NCBI RefSeq assembly: GCF_006345805.1
Contig: NC_042999.1
Location: forward strand, 48,732,001-48,796,000
Direction: 5' to 3'
DNA length: 64,000 nucleotides
Origin: Octopus sinensis
Taxonomy: Eukaryota
The notes below the pieces were generated by a model. It worked only from the letters and a program-made list of their open reading frames with translations. It did not search any database and had not been told where the DNA came from. The translations under genes were made by a program, and so were the position numbers. The first letter of the stretch is position 1. Every line of letters begins with the position of its first letter. Shown one piece after another: positions 51,902-64,000 of this stretch.

Positions 51902-54027
51902 TGTGTGTGTGTGTGTTGTGTATAAAAGAGAGCGCGAGAGGAATGAGGTGGAGGGATAATGTACATCTGGAAGTCGAGATATGAGGTATCAAACTGTGAT
52001 ACAATAATATATTAACAAAATTTAGAATAGTAACAATCATTTAATTAACACATTCTTAAAACTAATAAATTCTGTTAGTGATTTTGCCCCAAACTGTTTT
52101 AGTAAAATATTTCATAAATAGGATATAAATAGTCAGTTGTCTGTGTGCATAAACACAATATTAGAGTACGCGAGAATTCTGAATAGCATCCATATTGTAA
52201 AATCTGAGTATCACACAGACAAAAGACAAACTTTTTAGCATTCAACTATTAACATTCAACTGCAAATGGTAAACATAAATGTCAGCACACATTTCTCTAA
52301 AGTGAAGATTGTTCCCTATTTCCTTAAGTGAGTATTTGTCACGATAAATAATTCAAACGAGAGATTCTCTTTGAATTATGTATTTGATATTTCTTACTGC
52401 TGATATCTTCAACATATATACTATTTATATTCTCTTGTGAAGACGAGATAATAATACAATTTACTTTGTCTATTAAACACTTGAACTTTATTTAACATTG
52501 CAGAAATCTAGTGACGATGTTCATAATCTGCTGCTCTCAATTGACTGACTAAACAGTTTTGTAATTTCCCGTGTTCAGTCTCTGGTGTTAGATTTATTTG
52601 CCCCCTCTATGTTTAGCATCTTGTGGGCAATAAAGAAATAAGTTATATTACAAAGAAGCGTGCGTCTCATTTGTGCAAATATATTATCTCAGATATTAGG
52701 AAGTGTTAACAGGTGTGTAGCTACAAAAAATGCGAATAAGTCAGAATTCTCTAAAACTGTGTTAATACACTGATGGCAAATTCATTTGAAACAATTACAT
52801 ATCAAATACGTTAGTGTTGATAATGATATTGCACATAATTCCGATACTTCATTCACACAAACTCAGCTTTAAGTAATTAGTAAAACATGTCTAATAGAAT
52901 ATTTAATTGCATCGTTCCGGCAACATGAACTGGGTTTTTATTTTATTTTTTATTTTATACGTAATCACTGCACGCTGAGAGGGTCAGAGTTACATTACAG
53001 GAAACTACTGTATACGTAGTGAATTGACATACTATCAGAAATGCTGATGTGCCGCAGTGCGGCATTCTTTCACGATTACCTGCACTCTGAGACAAACAAC
53101 CAACGATCACCACAATTTTGCTCTCTATTCTCCTAGGTATGATATGTGTCTGGTTCTGGGAGTATTTATTCTCTCTCTCGGTCGCCTTTTTTGCTTCTTC
53201 CTTTTGTTCTTCTCTTTTCCTTTCATTTTGGAAGTCATTGTGTGTGTTCATATCTACAGAAGGAAGGGCACCAATTTTAAAATTAGCAAAGACATACTCC
53301 TCCATAGCATGAGGCGTGAACGATCACGGCTAATGCAAAGCAAGCAGCAGTTTATAAAGCATAGATGTTAGAGTTTCGTGATATTGTCTTCTGTTGTTAT
53401 TTTTTGAATAAGACAAAATACAACATGACATAGAATGTACAACACATGATATAGTTTCTCCAACGTTCTTCAGCCATGCTTCAAAAGATCACACGGTTAC
53501 ATTTCGAAAAATAAATGAACCAATAGACTGAGCAGCCTCCATATGCTATGCCTGAATATATAGAAGGGGTTATCGCAGTTGAGACATTTTCATTCATTAT
53601 AGGCCTATTACACAGGTCTTAGCTTGTACTAAAATTATGTTTGAAAGAAATGTATGTTACATAGAGAATAATCTTGCGTGGTTTTTTAGTTGTTATAACA
53701 TGTATTCATGGCATAACTGAAACGAATTTCCATACATTTGAATAAGAAAAGATGTAATTATTCTGAGTGCATGCAAACGAGTCGCAGTTTAATTAACGCC
53801 GGCGAGATTTATTGAGAGTTTATCGAATGAAAATAGCAAATAGAATATGTATAAGTATTGAAAACAGGCCAGAAGACTAATGCTCACACACTGCATTACG
53901 GGTAATAAGGACAACCAATTAGTAATTAAAATCTTTCAAACAATCATCTTTATTCTAGCTCACGCAAATACATACATGATTATATACGTATATATATAGA
54001 CACACACCCTTATATCTATGTATCTGG

Positions 54028-54069
<42 letters not shown>

Positions 54070-54112
54070 ATTTATCTATCTATCTATATATATAAATACA
54101 TATATATATATA

Positions 54113-54158
<46 letters not shown>

Positions 54159-54175
54159 TTTATTTTATAGAAGGA

Positions 54176-54224
54176 GCTTCTACAGGACCAGAAGTGTTTC
54201 ATTCAAAAGAAATCATCAGGAAGC
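54176..54224 (-). ncRNA. Type I hammerhead ribozyme (copy 1; identical copy at 54631-54679)
   Basis: gcttc-CTGATGA-t-ttc-tttt-gaa-t-GAAA-ca-cttctggtcc-tg-TA-gaagc. Confidence 0.75.
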
Positions 54225-54470
54225 TAGGTGACAAGAGTAGTTTTGGCATTTATACATTTAGGCAGGTTTAAAGGGGTGGTGGTGGGGGACTTTTTGGGGG
54301 TAAGCATGGCGCAAACTATCATTCTTAGGGGAGTGGTCAAAGTGTCTATGTGTATGTGTATGTGTATATATGTATATGTCTATGTATGTATATGTGTGTA
54401 TATGTATGTATGTATATGTGTGTATATGTATGTATGTATATGTGTGTGTATGTATATGTGTGTATATATA

Positions 54471-54501
<31 letters not shown>

Positions 54502-54561
54502 TATATATATATAATATATATATATATATCTATATATATATATAATATATATATATATATA

Positions 54562-54615
<54 letters not shown>

Positions 54616-54913
54616 TATTTTATAGAAGGAGCTTCTACAGGACCAGAAGTGTTTCATTCAAAAGAAATCATCAGGAAGCTAGGTGACAAGAGTAGTTTTG
54701 GCATTTATACATTTAGGCAGGTTTAAAGGGGTGGTGGTGGGGGACTTTTTGGGGGTAAGCATGGCGCAAACTATCATTCTTAGGGGAGTGGTCAAAGTGT
54801 CTATGTGTATGTGTATGTGTATATATGTATATGTCTATGTATGTATATGTGTGTATATGTATGTATGTATATGTATACATGTGTGTGTGTGTGTGTATGT
54901 GTATATGTACATG

Positions 54914-54970
<57 letters not shown>

Positions 54971-55216
54971 GTGTGTGTATGTATATGTGTGTGTATATAT
55001 ATATGTATATGTATAAGTGAGAGTCTCCTTATTTACCTAAAACTCTATTTTTCTATTTATTCTTTTATTTATTCTTTTATCTACTTTACCACCGATTCCT
55101 TTGACCACTCCCCTAAGAATGATAGTTTGCGCCATGCCTACCCCCAAAACGTCCCCCACCACCACCCCTTTAAACCTGCCTAAATGTATAAATGCCAAAA
55201 CTACTCTTGCCACCTA

Positions 55217-55265
55217 GCTTCCTGATGATTTCTTTTGAATGAAACAGTTCTAGTCCTGTAGAAGC
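55217..55265 (+). ncRNA. Type I hammerhead ribozyme (inverted copy)
   Basis: gcttc-CTGATGA-t-ttc-tttt-gaa-t-GAAA-cag-ttctagtc-ctg-TA-gaagc. Helix I is 5 bp, helix III is 4 bp, and positions 10.1/11.1 are U/U. Confidence 0.82.
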
Positions 55266-56687
55266 TCCTTCTATAAAATAAATTAATTTACTCTGCTATG
55301 TATTGAGTACCTTATTTACTGTGGTTAACCCCGACTCAACCCGGGACCTACATATATATATATATATTTATACAACTGTATATGTGTGTAAGAATGTGCG
55401 TGTATGTATGTTTGTACGTGTGCATGTATGTAAGTATCAGATATTTTCCTGATTCGAATATTGGTTTCACAGATCAATATTTAATAAAAGGTCCAGCAAT
55501 TTCAATAAAACTTTATTCAAGCTACTGGCCACCCTCTTAAACTGATAAATTCTACTACTACGATGACACAAGAGTATCGAACGAATTAAAATTAATGTTG
55601 CTTCTAGGGAAAACATTTATATTCATTGTTTGTAGGCAAAGTATATCTATGGAGATATTTCGGTCTATTAGCGCTCCTCAGAAAGATATATTTTAAACAA
55701 GCCTGTTTATTAGTTGACAGGATTTTCCTAGCGGAATGAAGGTGAATGAATAATTATCGTCCACTATATTTGGACAGCATCATCAGTTAAATTTCACTGC
55801 CTTTGTATGAGGCAAGATATATTTTGTTACGGAAGAATTTCTATGTTCGGTTGCCTATAATACTCACCGTTTCTTAATCAAAGTAATATTTCATATAACC
55901 CTTCAAAAACGATTAGGTCAGTATCCGGGCTTAATTTTACGAATGATTTGACACCGGGTGTGATGATGATAATATTGAGGATGATGAAGACGAAGAACAG
56001 GAGTAGAGGAGACGAAGGAGCAAGAAGAAGAAGGTATCATGAGTATGACACGAATAATAAATAGAAAGTAAAGGTGGAGGAGAAAGGCAACGTTAGCAAC
56101 GATATAAATGACCAAGGCGACGACTTCGATGATGACGATGTTGATATTTATGATTCATTAAAGATGATTAGCAATAAAACATATCGCCGTCGTATCACAA
56201 GAATTAGTTTTCACTTAGAAACAAACAAGAATGGGTATCAATATACTTCAAATTGTAAATAAAACTAAATTTAGAGTGATGATATATGTCGTGCAATTAG
56301 GGCTAATTGAATAAAAGTCTTGAATTAAAATTACCATAGTAAATAGACAATAATATAACCTCGATGCCACAAAAGTAGAGAATGATTTTTTCCTATGGAA
56401 ATTGCCTAAATACATTAATATTAGTACATTAAAGGAAACTTTGAACGGGAAATGTTCTTTGTATATATTTCATATAACTATTATTCGTTGAAAAAAATCA
56501 AAAAAGAGACTACACCAAATTACACCCATAAATTTCTTGATTGAAATATATGAGAAGCACTTTATTTCAAGATTGCATTCAAATAAAGTCGATGGCCGCA
56601 CTCATTACTCTTATATAAGGCTGGATATCATAGGTATATAGTAGATATATAACTGGATACATAACTATGTATATGTATATGTGTATA

Positions 56688-56739
<52 letters not shown>

Positions 56740-56744
56740 TATAT

Positions 56745-56782
<38 letters not shown>

Positions 56783-56901
56783 CATACATATATATATACA
56801 TACATATATATATATATACATATATATATACACATATATACACACACATACATACACACACACACATATATATATATATCCGTATATACATTATTACGCA
56901 C

Positions 56902-56949
<48 letters not shown>

Positions 56950-58479
56950 TGTGTGTGCGTGTGTGTGTGTGTGTGTGTGCGTGTGTGTGCGTGTGTGTTT
57001 GTATGTATATTTGTATGTATGTATGTAATTGTATTTTTCAGTTAACTGTTGAAATTAATTATCTCATTCGGAAGTTTCATTTCTATAAAAATTTGTTTTC
57101 GATGTTCGATTCTTTTCATTGTAGAAAGGTTTTTTTTTTTAAGATTTCGTAATGTACAACATATTAATGTTTTGTTTTTAATATTATTCTATACATTATG
57201 ATGTATATAAGTTGTACTGCTTTCAATTACTAAATCAACATTTATGAGTTCTTAGGTATAAACAATAATATGTCAATCGTTCTTAATTTCCAGTAATAAA
57301 TATGTGTGCATATTTATATATGGTAGAAATGTAAATGTGTGTTTGTATGTGCGTGTGTATGATTGTGTGTGCGTGTGTTTTGTGTGAGTGTGTGTGTGTG
57401 TGTGTTTGTGTGTGTGTCTGTGTTCATATGTATTTACGAATTAATTTTACAATGATTTACGAGAAGATATCTGACTACGACGTCTGTGTTTCGCGCTACC
57501 CTTCTTCAGTATTCTATTCTTTATTTGGATTCTTTTTGGCTCATACATTGTATGGCAAGCTGCAATTCTGAGTAGGTTGCGCTATGTGAATTCTAATTAG
57601 GTGATGTACACACTGGAAGAAAGGAGGAATGGAAGGAGGAATGGAAGTTGATAGACTCCTAGAACACATGTTTTTTAAAATCAGATATACTTTATCGTAA
57701 AAGATATGCCCATATGCTTTAATACAGTTAAATACGCCAACAACCTCGCCAAATATATGCTGAAGCGATTCCGCATATTTTCGTGTAAAGATATCCATAT
57801 ATACTCAGAGACCAGAGGCTATTTATCAATAAGGGTATGTGTAATGCACAGCCTGGTCAAAGTGATTAATCTGTAACATTCAAGTTAGCGCCAAGCTTTT
57901 CTGTTTATTTGTAAATGAACATGTACTCAGCTAATAGCATTTTAGTAATACTACAGCTTCATGTTACAGCACTTTTCATTATAACTTGACTTAAAAACCA
58001 GCATTATTATTTGTGTTTCTCTCGTTTGTCTCTCATTCTCTCTCTATCACGTTTTTCTACTCTTTCTCCCTGTTTTTTTTTTTTAAAGCCTGTTTCTATC
58101 CGACACACGGAGTAAGCCGAAGTATATCCTCAGGTCTATGCAACGACAGTGCAAATACTTTCACCTCACTTAGGTAACGTACCTATCAATTGCAGATTTT
58201 GATGCAACTCGTATTCTTCTGAGGAGACACCAACACAGTGAAAATAAGCGTCTTGTTCAAGGACACATCGAGAAGTAAATAGATCTCCAACGGCATCAAA
58301 GGTATGTATTCAAATCTCTTTAATCAGTTTTGCTACTCACTGTCTTTACCATGTATAATTCGGACATTTCCAATGGTAAGTGCAAGTTTCTTAATCTGAA
58401 TCTTTTAAATGTAAATTCTAGATGTTTTGAAACTTTTTCAGAGAGGTTATTCTTTGACTTCATAGAAATATAAAATCCT

Positions 58480-59130
58480 AATGTCTTCCAAAATAGTATT
58501 CTTTGTGCTGTAGCGCTCCAACCAGTTCATATATGTACTTTATATTAGTACACTGAAAATCTTGCCAATCAAGGTGCCCAGGCCCCTTGTCACGGCCTCC
58601 TTCATCATCAAAACACCTGGCTCAGAACGGCTCCTTCAACATGAGGAACAATCAAATGTCACAGTGAAGAAGGTTGTGTCTGTAGGTAGGGTGAGGGGCA
58701 CTTTTGATGCCAATCTCTGTCAAATAGTTGGGTGTAAGGAGTATGACTGAGCAATATGGGAACCAACACAGTACATATTTCACTCATATTGAGGACTTCA
58801 TGAGGAATGCAATGTGTGGTTGCCACACCAACTCGAACTTTATGCTTATTGTCTATAGAGATATGATGTTATTCATCCAGAAAATTGCGAACTTTCTCAA
58901 CCAGGTCTCATGTTCTGATATCCATCTCCCCCTCACATCTCACAACATTTCTCGCATTCTCTCCACCGTTCTTGAAACACAAGTTAATCCATAGTCATTC
59001 GGAGAAATTTTGTAAGCTTCTCTAGTGATTTTCCCAGTTTTGGTAACGGTATATTCAAATTACAGTGATCAATAAAATTATAACTGAAACCTTCTAGAAC
59101 GGTTTCAAACCTTCTGGAAATTACCTTGTA
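58480..59130 (-). mobile_element. Internally deleted mariner fossil
   Basis: Minus peptides 'DLVEKVRNFLDE*HHISID...HEVLNMSEICTVLVPILLS' and 'PHPTYRHNLLHCDI*LFLMLKEP...MKEAVTRGLGTL'; TIR-like 'tatacaaggtaatttccagaagg' at about 59130. Confidence 0.7.
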
Positions 59131-59437
59131 TATTCTGGCTACTACATTTCATTCAGAATTTTGGAGGTAATCAGATATATAGTAAAAAATACTTGTGCAT
59201 ATGCTCCGTAGTAAGAGCGAATATGATTTTCCTTTTAAATTTTGAACCATACGTCTGTGTGGATGCAAGATTATGTGTACACATTACATATATACCCGAA
59301 GCCAAGAATTTATAAAATGTAACTTTACGATATATATTTTATCGCGAGGCAGGAAGCGCTACTACTAACATTTGACACGGCTTGAAAATTGTTAATATGT
59401 ATGTAATAGATACACAGATAAACTGACGGAAATTCTG

Positions 59438-60295
59438 TGAAAAATTATACTTTTATTATAGGTGCTGCAGACATGACTCTGTTGTTGTGAATCTCGCATT
59501 GCAACAACAAGACATATTTTTCGGTCACACTGTGAGGCACCTTGCACAAGTGTAGTCTACTACAAATCCAAGCTGTTCCGAATCTTGCAAGTGAATTCGG
59601 TTGAGAAAATTGTATGGAAACCCATCGTTACACAGCGTGTTTTGGAGGAATATATTATTATTATTATTACATAATACAGTATGTATATGAGAATTATAAT
59701 ATTTCTCTAAAATATACTGTAAAAGTTTGATAACGTCTACGAAATAGAGAATAATTACATAGATTAACAGAATAATCTATAATTAGGTAGATTAAGAGAA
59801 TAAAAATTCATGCCATCGTTTAATGTACCGAAGAGCTGTAGCGGTTTGCAGGAACTATGAAAAATTATACTTTTATTATAGGTGCTGCAGACATGACTCT
59901 GTTGTTGTGAATCTCGCATTGCAACAACAAGACATATTTTTCGGTCACACTGTGAGGCACCTTGCACAAGTGTAGTCTACTACAAATCCAAGCTGTTCCG
60001 AATCTTGCAAGTGAATTCGGTTGAGAAAATTGTATGGAACCCATCGTTACACAGCGTGTTTTGGAGGAATATATTATTATTATTATTACATAATACAGTA
60101 TGTATATGAGAATTATAATATTTCTCTAAAATATACTGTAAAAGTTTGATAACGTCTACGAAATAGAGAATAATTACATAGATTAACAGAATAATCTATA
60201 ATTAGGTAGATTAAGAGAATAAAAATTCATGCCATCGTTTAATGTACCGAAGAGCTGTAGCGGTTTGCAGGAACTATGAAAATATTTATACTTTT
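59438..60295. repeat. 420-bp near-identical tandem duplication containing a decayed SINE-B piece
   Basis: 'tgaaaaattatacttttattatagg' at 59438 and 59858; I noticed only 1-nt indels between the copies. Confidence 0.95.
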
Positions 60296-61030
60296 CAAAT
60301 ACGTAATTAAATTATATAATCTTCTAAAGCGTGAAACTCTTGAATCAGGAATTAAAAGAATGATTTCAGACTTTACTAGCTAAACATGTTAATTCACAAA
60401 ACTGTGTTTTAAAGATGCCTCTCTTCATGTATTGCAAAAGGACATAATAGATAAGAATTGTTGCAATGAAAATTATACTCATCATAGATCTCTCCCAATA
60501 TTTCACCTTCCTTACTATTATTGAATAAGAGAGCAGTGCATGCCATGAAAGTGACACTGGAGTAAAGTATACGAAGCCATCGTGACTACCCGTCTGATAG
60601 GCATATGCATCACAGCCATATGTGCGCGACATGGTGATCTCATGACCTTGCAGGTGGGGGCCCAGTTAGAATTTTCTGCAGGATGAGTAGCCCTTCCCCT
60701 TCAAAATGTTTCTAAATAAGGGTTGTTTAAGGATGTTGAACGAAACACCAGAGGTTAATTATCTAAATCCCAAAGAGAGAATTCCTCTCAGCACATGGCT
60801 ATGACGTTCCCCCACTACTTCTGCTCGTCATCAGAGGCGCACATCTCGTTGGCCACTAAGGGACATGCTCAACTGGTTAATGTCAAACAAGTGACAAGCA
60901 AATCTGTGGTATTGAGCAGAATATTTGTTGTAGCCAAACAATTAAACCACTCCAAATAAAGAAAACAAATGTACGTGATAACATTTCCAATCAGTTAAGA
61001 TCAGAATCCATAAGAGTCACTGCCTGGTAA

Positions 61031-61660
61031 GGCGGTGAGCTGCCAGAATTGTTAGCACGCCGGGCGAAATGCTAAGCGGTATTCCGTTTGCCGCTACGTT
61101 CTGAGTTCAAATTCCGCGGATGTCGACTTTGCTTTTCATCCTTTCGGATAGATTAAATAAGTACCAGTTACGAACTGGGGCCGATAAAATCGACTTAATC
61201 CGTTTGTCTGTCCTTGTTTGTCCTCTCTGTGTTTAGCCCCTTGTGGGTAGCAAAGAAATAGGTATTTCATTCGTCAAAGGCGGCGAGCTGGCAGAAACAT
61301 TAGCACGCCGGGTGAAATTCTTAGTGGTATTTTGTCTGCCGCTACGTTCTGAGTTGAAATTCCGCCGAGGTCGACTTTGTCTTTCATACTTTCGGGGTCG
61401 ATTAAATAAGTACCAGTTACGCACTGCGGTCGATATAATCGACTTAATCCGTGTGTCTGTCTTTGATTGTCCTCTCTGTGTTTAGCCCCTTTTGGGTAGT
61501 AAAGAGATAGGTATTTCGTCCGTCGCTACGTTCTTAGTTGAAATTCCGCCGAGGTCGACTTTGCCTCTCATTCTTTCGCGGTCGATAAATGAAGTACCAT
61601 TGAAATATTGGTGTCGAGGAATCGATTTGTCCCCTTCTCCAAAATGTTGCCCCAGTAGCA
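61031..61660 (+). mobile_element. Three tandem family-C SINE copies (last one partial)
   Basis: Heads 'ggcggtgagctgccagaa' (61031) and 'ggcggcgagctggcagaaac' (61279); a third, headless copy from about 61516. Confidence 0.85.
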
Positions 61661-61740
61661 AAATTTGATAGTTATTATTATCATCATCATTATTAACATT
61701 ATTATTATTATCATCATCATCTTCATCATCATCATCATCT

Positions 61741-61777
<37 letters not shown>

Positions 61778-63631
61778 CAGTAGTATGAATGTTATCGTAA
61801 TAATCATGATTATCCTCGTCTTCACTGTCATCATCATTATCATCATCATAACTACTACCAGTATTGTTACTTCAAAAAACTAATTCCTTTTAATTAAATG
61901 AAAACTAATTTTGAGCTGCGCTATAGAAAATATATACGTATTCGTTATATATGTAACCTCTAGAACGTATTTTTCTGGAATGTCACCCACACATTTTTTT
62001 TTTATTAATCTTATAGATATTACTAATGGTAAATAGTACATATAACGTACTTAGCTCGTTATTTCATATTTCTATATATTAATAACATAATGTTTTAGTT
62101 ACATTTCCCTTTCAGGAAATTTCTTTGGAAATATACGTACTTTGCCTGTTTTGTATATTATAACCCTAAACATATATAAACATCCCACGCTTCCTATAGC
62201 CCTAAATCGATATTTCCCCTTCATTGATAGCTCCTAAGAACCTTGAGAAGTGATGGTTGAAACCCAGAGTGTTGGAACCTCATCATTCGGCTTTACTAAC
62301 TCTGTTCACGTCCGAGTATACGTTAAAACGTACTCGTAACGAGAACAGAAAACAACAGCTTAGGATTCTTCTTTTACGAATGCATTTATTTACTTTCTGT
62401 ATCAAAATCATTTTGAACCAAACTTTACGTGTTTATCTTGTTTCATCTTCTCTCTTTTACTCTTTTACTTGTTTCAGTCATCTGTGGGCGGCCATGCTGT
62501 TTCTGCTTCCTTCGTATTTTATGCAAATCACGTTTGGAGAATATTATCATTGAGTTTCTGATAGCGCTATATTTGCTGACCTTGCACTTTGTTGCTATTG
62601 ATTTTCTGGTATTTCTAAAATGACAATTCCTTTCTCCGTTGCGTCAGAGAAATCGTCATTTATTCCATGACCTAATGGCGCCAACTTTTCGTTAACTCAT
62701 CTTCCGATGTATTCACGTCGAAGTTAGAAATGATTGTAATTCCTTTTCCTTTAGAGACCAGTACTTATTGACCGAAGAAAATGTGAGATTACTGCACTTA
62801 AGCAAGAACGATTTACATATTTTACTTCCCTACTTCTTTAGTTATATCATGATGACTTTCAGAAATAAGGTTATGAAATATTACTACCCTGAGCATTGCG
62901 TCTTAACTTCTTCCTTCACAAAACGCGTACATTCATGGCACTCGAACAATAAATGAACGGTAATATTATTGGAATTTCATTGTGGTTTATTTTATTGTAA
63001 CTTTTTACTATTTCACATTTTTCACTCATATATACGCGCACAGGTTTAATGTATAAATAGGTGCAAATATATTTTTTTATCTCAACAAATTTCTTTGAAA
63101 ATATAGGTTTAAATTTTAACTATTGTGCCTATTTTAAATACATCAGAAACTTTCTAAGAGAAAGATAGAGGTAGATAAATTGGTAGATCGATCGATTGAT
63201 CGATAGAGAGATAGATAAAAGAAAAAAGGATAAACAGACACATAGATACATTCAAATACATACTTAATACATGCACGTACACATACATACAAAGATACTT
63301 ACATACAAAGATTGCATATAGATATATATTGATAGATATATTAAGTGTTCAGTTTTAGCTTAATTCACAGTATTAGTTTAACGGATAATATTATCTCTTG
63401 CCGAGTCAATCCTAGTTGAGCAGTTCCATGATCACAGGCTTTCTACCCATGCTTTTCCACTCTTTTTGATCCTATATAATCATCTCTTATGTAATCCAAT
63501 AAGAACTTTTCATCGTAGAAACTGTAAGGTCTTAATTCAGAAGTAAAATTGTGTTGTGACTACTTACAGTCCAGATCTTGGGTAGAATATTCCCTTTTGT
63601 GTAGAGCAAAGTGTCACTGAATATTTAACCC

Positions 63632-64000
63632 ACTTACTTGCTTACTTGTTTATGGAAGTCTATCTTGACAGATGACAACATCGTCTTTGATCCTTAGGGG
63701 TTATCTTGATGGCGTTGGTAGGCCCTCTCGTGGCTGTAAGGCCGATTCTGGAGGCACATGACCCATTACACTGAGAGCAGCTAAGAGGCATCCTACTAAG
63801 ATGAGCTCGTCTAGGATTTTGCTGACGTTCCTTGAGCTGTCTCCGCTTTACTTCACAAAGTCTAGTCCGCTCATCCTCAAAATGTTGTATGCTAGTTTTG
63901 ACCATACCCCTCCGTGTAGTAGGGTCTGTGGCCATTGTTTCAAGTTCTGAGCGTCACATTTTCAGGACCGAGGTGGATGTTCGTCTACGGGTCCATCCAA
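63632..64000 (-). pseudogene. 3' end of an RTE-type LINE (C-terminal zinc knuckle remnant and tandem-repeat tail)
   Basis: 'ELETMATDPTTRRGMVKTSIQHFEDER...CSQCNGSCASRIGL' (cf. WE.LA.DR..WR...C..C...C.SRIGL.SH), followed by tail 'caagtaagcaagtaagt'. Continues beyond the window edge. Confidence 0.85.

Larger units (their letters stand above)
54160..55280. repeat. Hammerhead-bearing ~180-bp unit: two direct copies (54160-54345, 54615-54800) and one inverted copy (55097-55280)
   Basis: Direct reading. Direct-copy period is 455 bp including TG/TA microsatellite; the inverted copy has a few substitutions. Confidence 0.93.

Noticed and set aside
55750-55790. Minus-strand CTGATGA-tgct-gtcca-aatatag-tggac-GATA
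   Set aside because: Good helix II but a 4-nt insertion, broken GAAA and no helix I or III.
57470-57515. Minus-strand CTGAAGA-agggtagcgc-GAAAC
   Set aside because: Helices I, II and III do not pair adequately; at best a relic.

Overview
AT-rich, microsatellite-saturated eukaryotic DNA with (TA)n, (CA)n, (TAGA)n, (TACA)n and (TTA/TCA)n tracts. The SINE and transposon repertoire looks like a coleoid cephalopod, most likely Octopus (inference from recalled repeat families, not a database match). I found no intact host protein-coding gene; most ORFs in the supplied track are microsatellite read-throughs. The window is a transposon graveyard: several tRNA-derived SINE families, decayed RTE-type and CRE-type LINE pieces, a Ty3/Gypsy 5' LTR+PBS+gag, DD37D (maT) and mariner/Tc1 fossils, MITEs and hAT fragments. 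The standout signal is about 14 type I hammerhead ribozyme motifs from about 6 non-coding families, nearly all in or next to (TA)n tracts. They include a ~478-bp tandem array with one hammerhead per unit (retrozyme-like), four loci with the same head-to-head 5'-inverted architecture, one hammerhead beside a Penelope GIY-YIG C-terminal remnant, and two recurrent non-canonical core variants (U10.1-U11.1 and U6). Coordinates were counted by hand; fossil boundaries are approximate.
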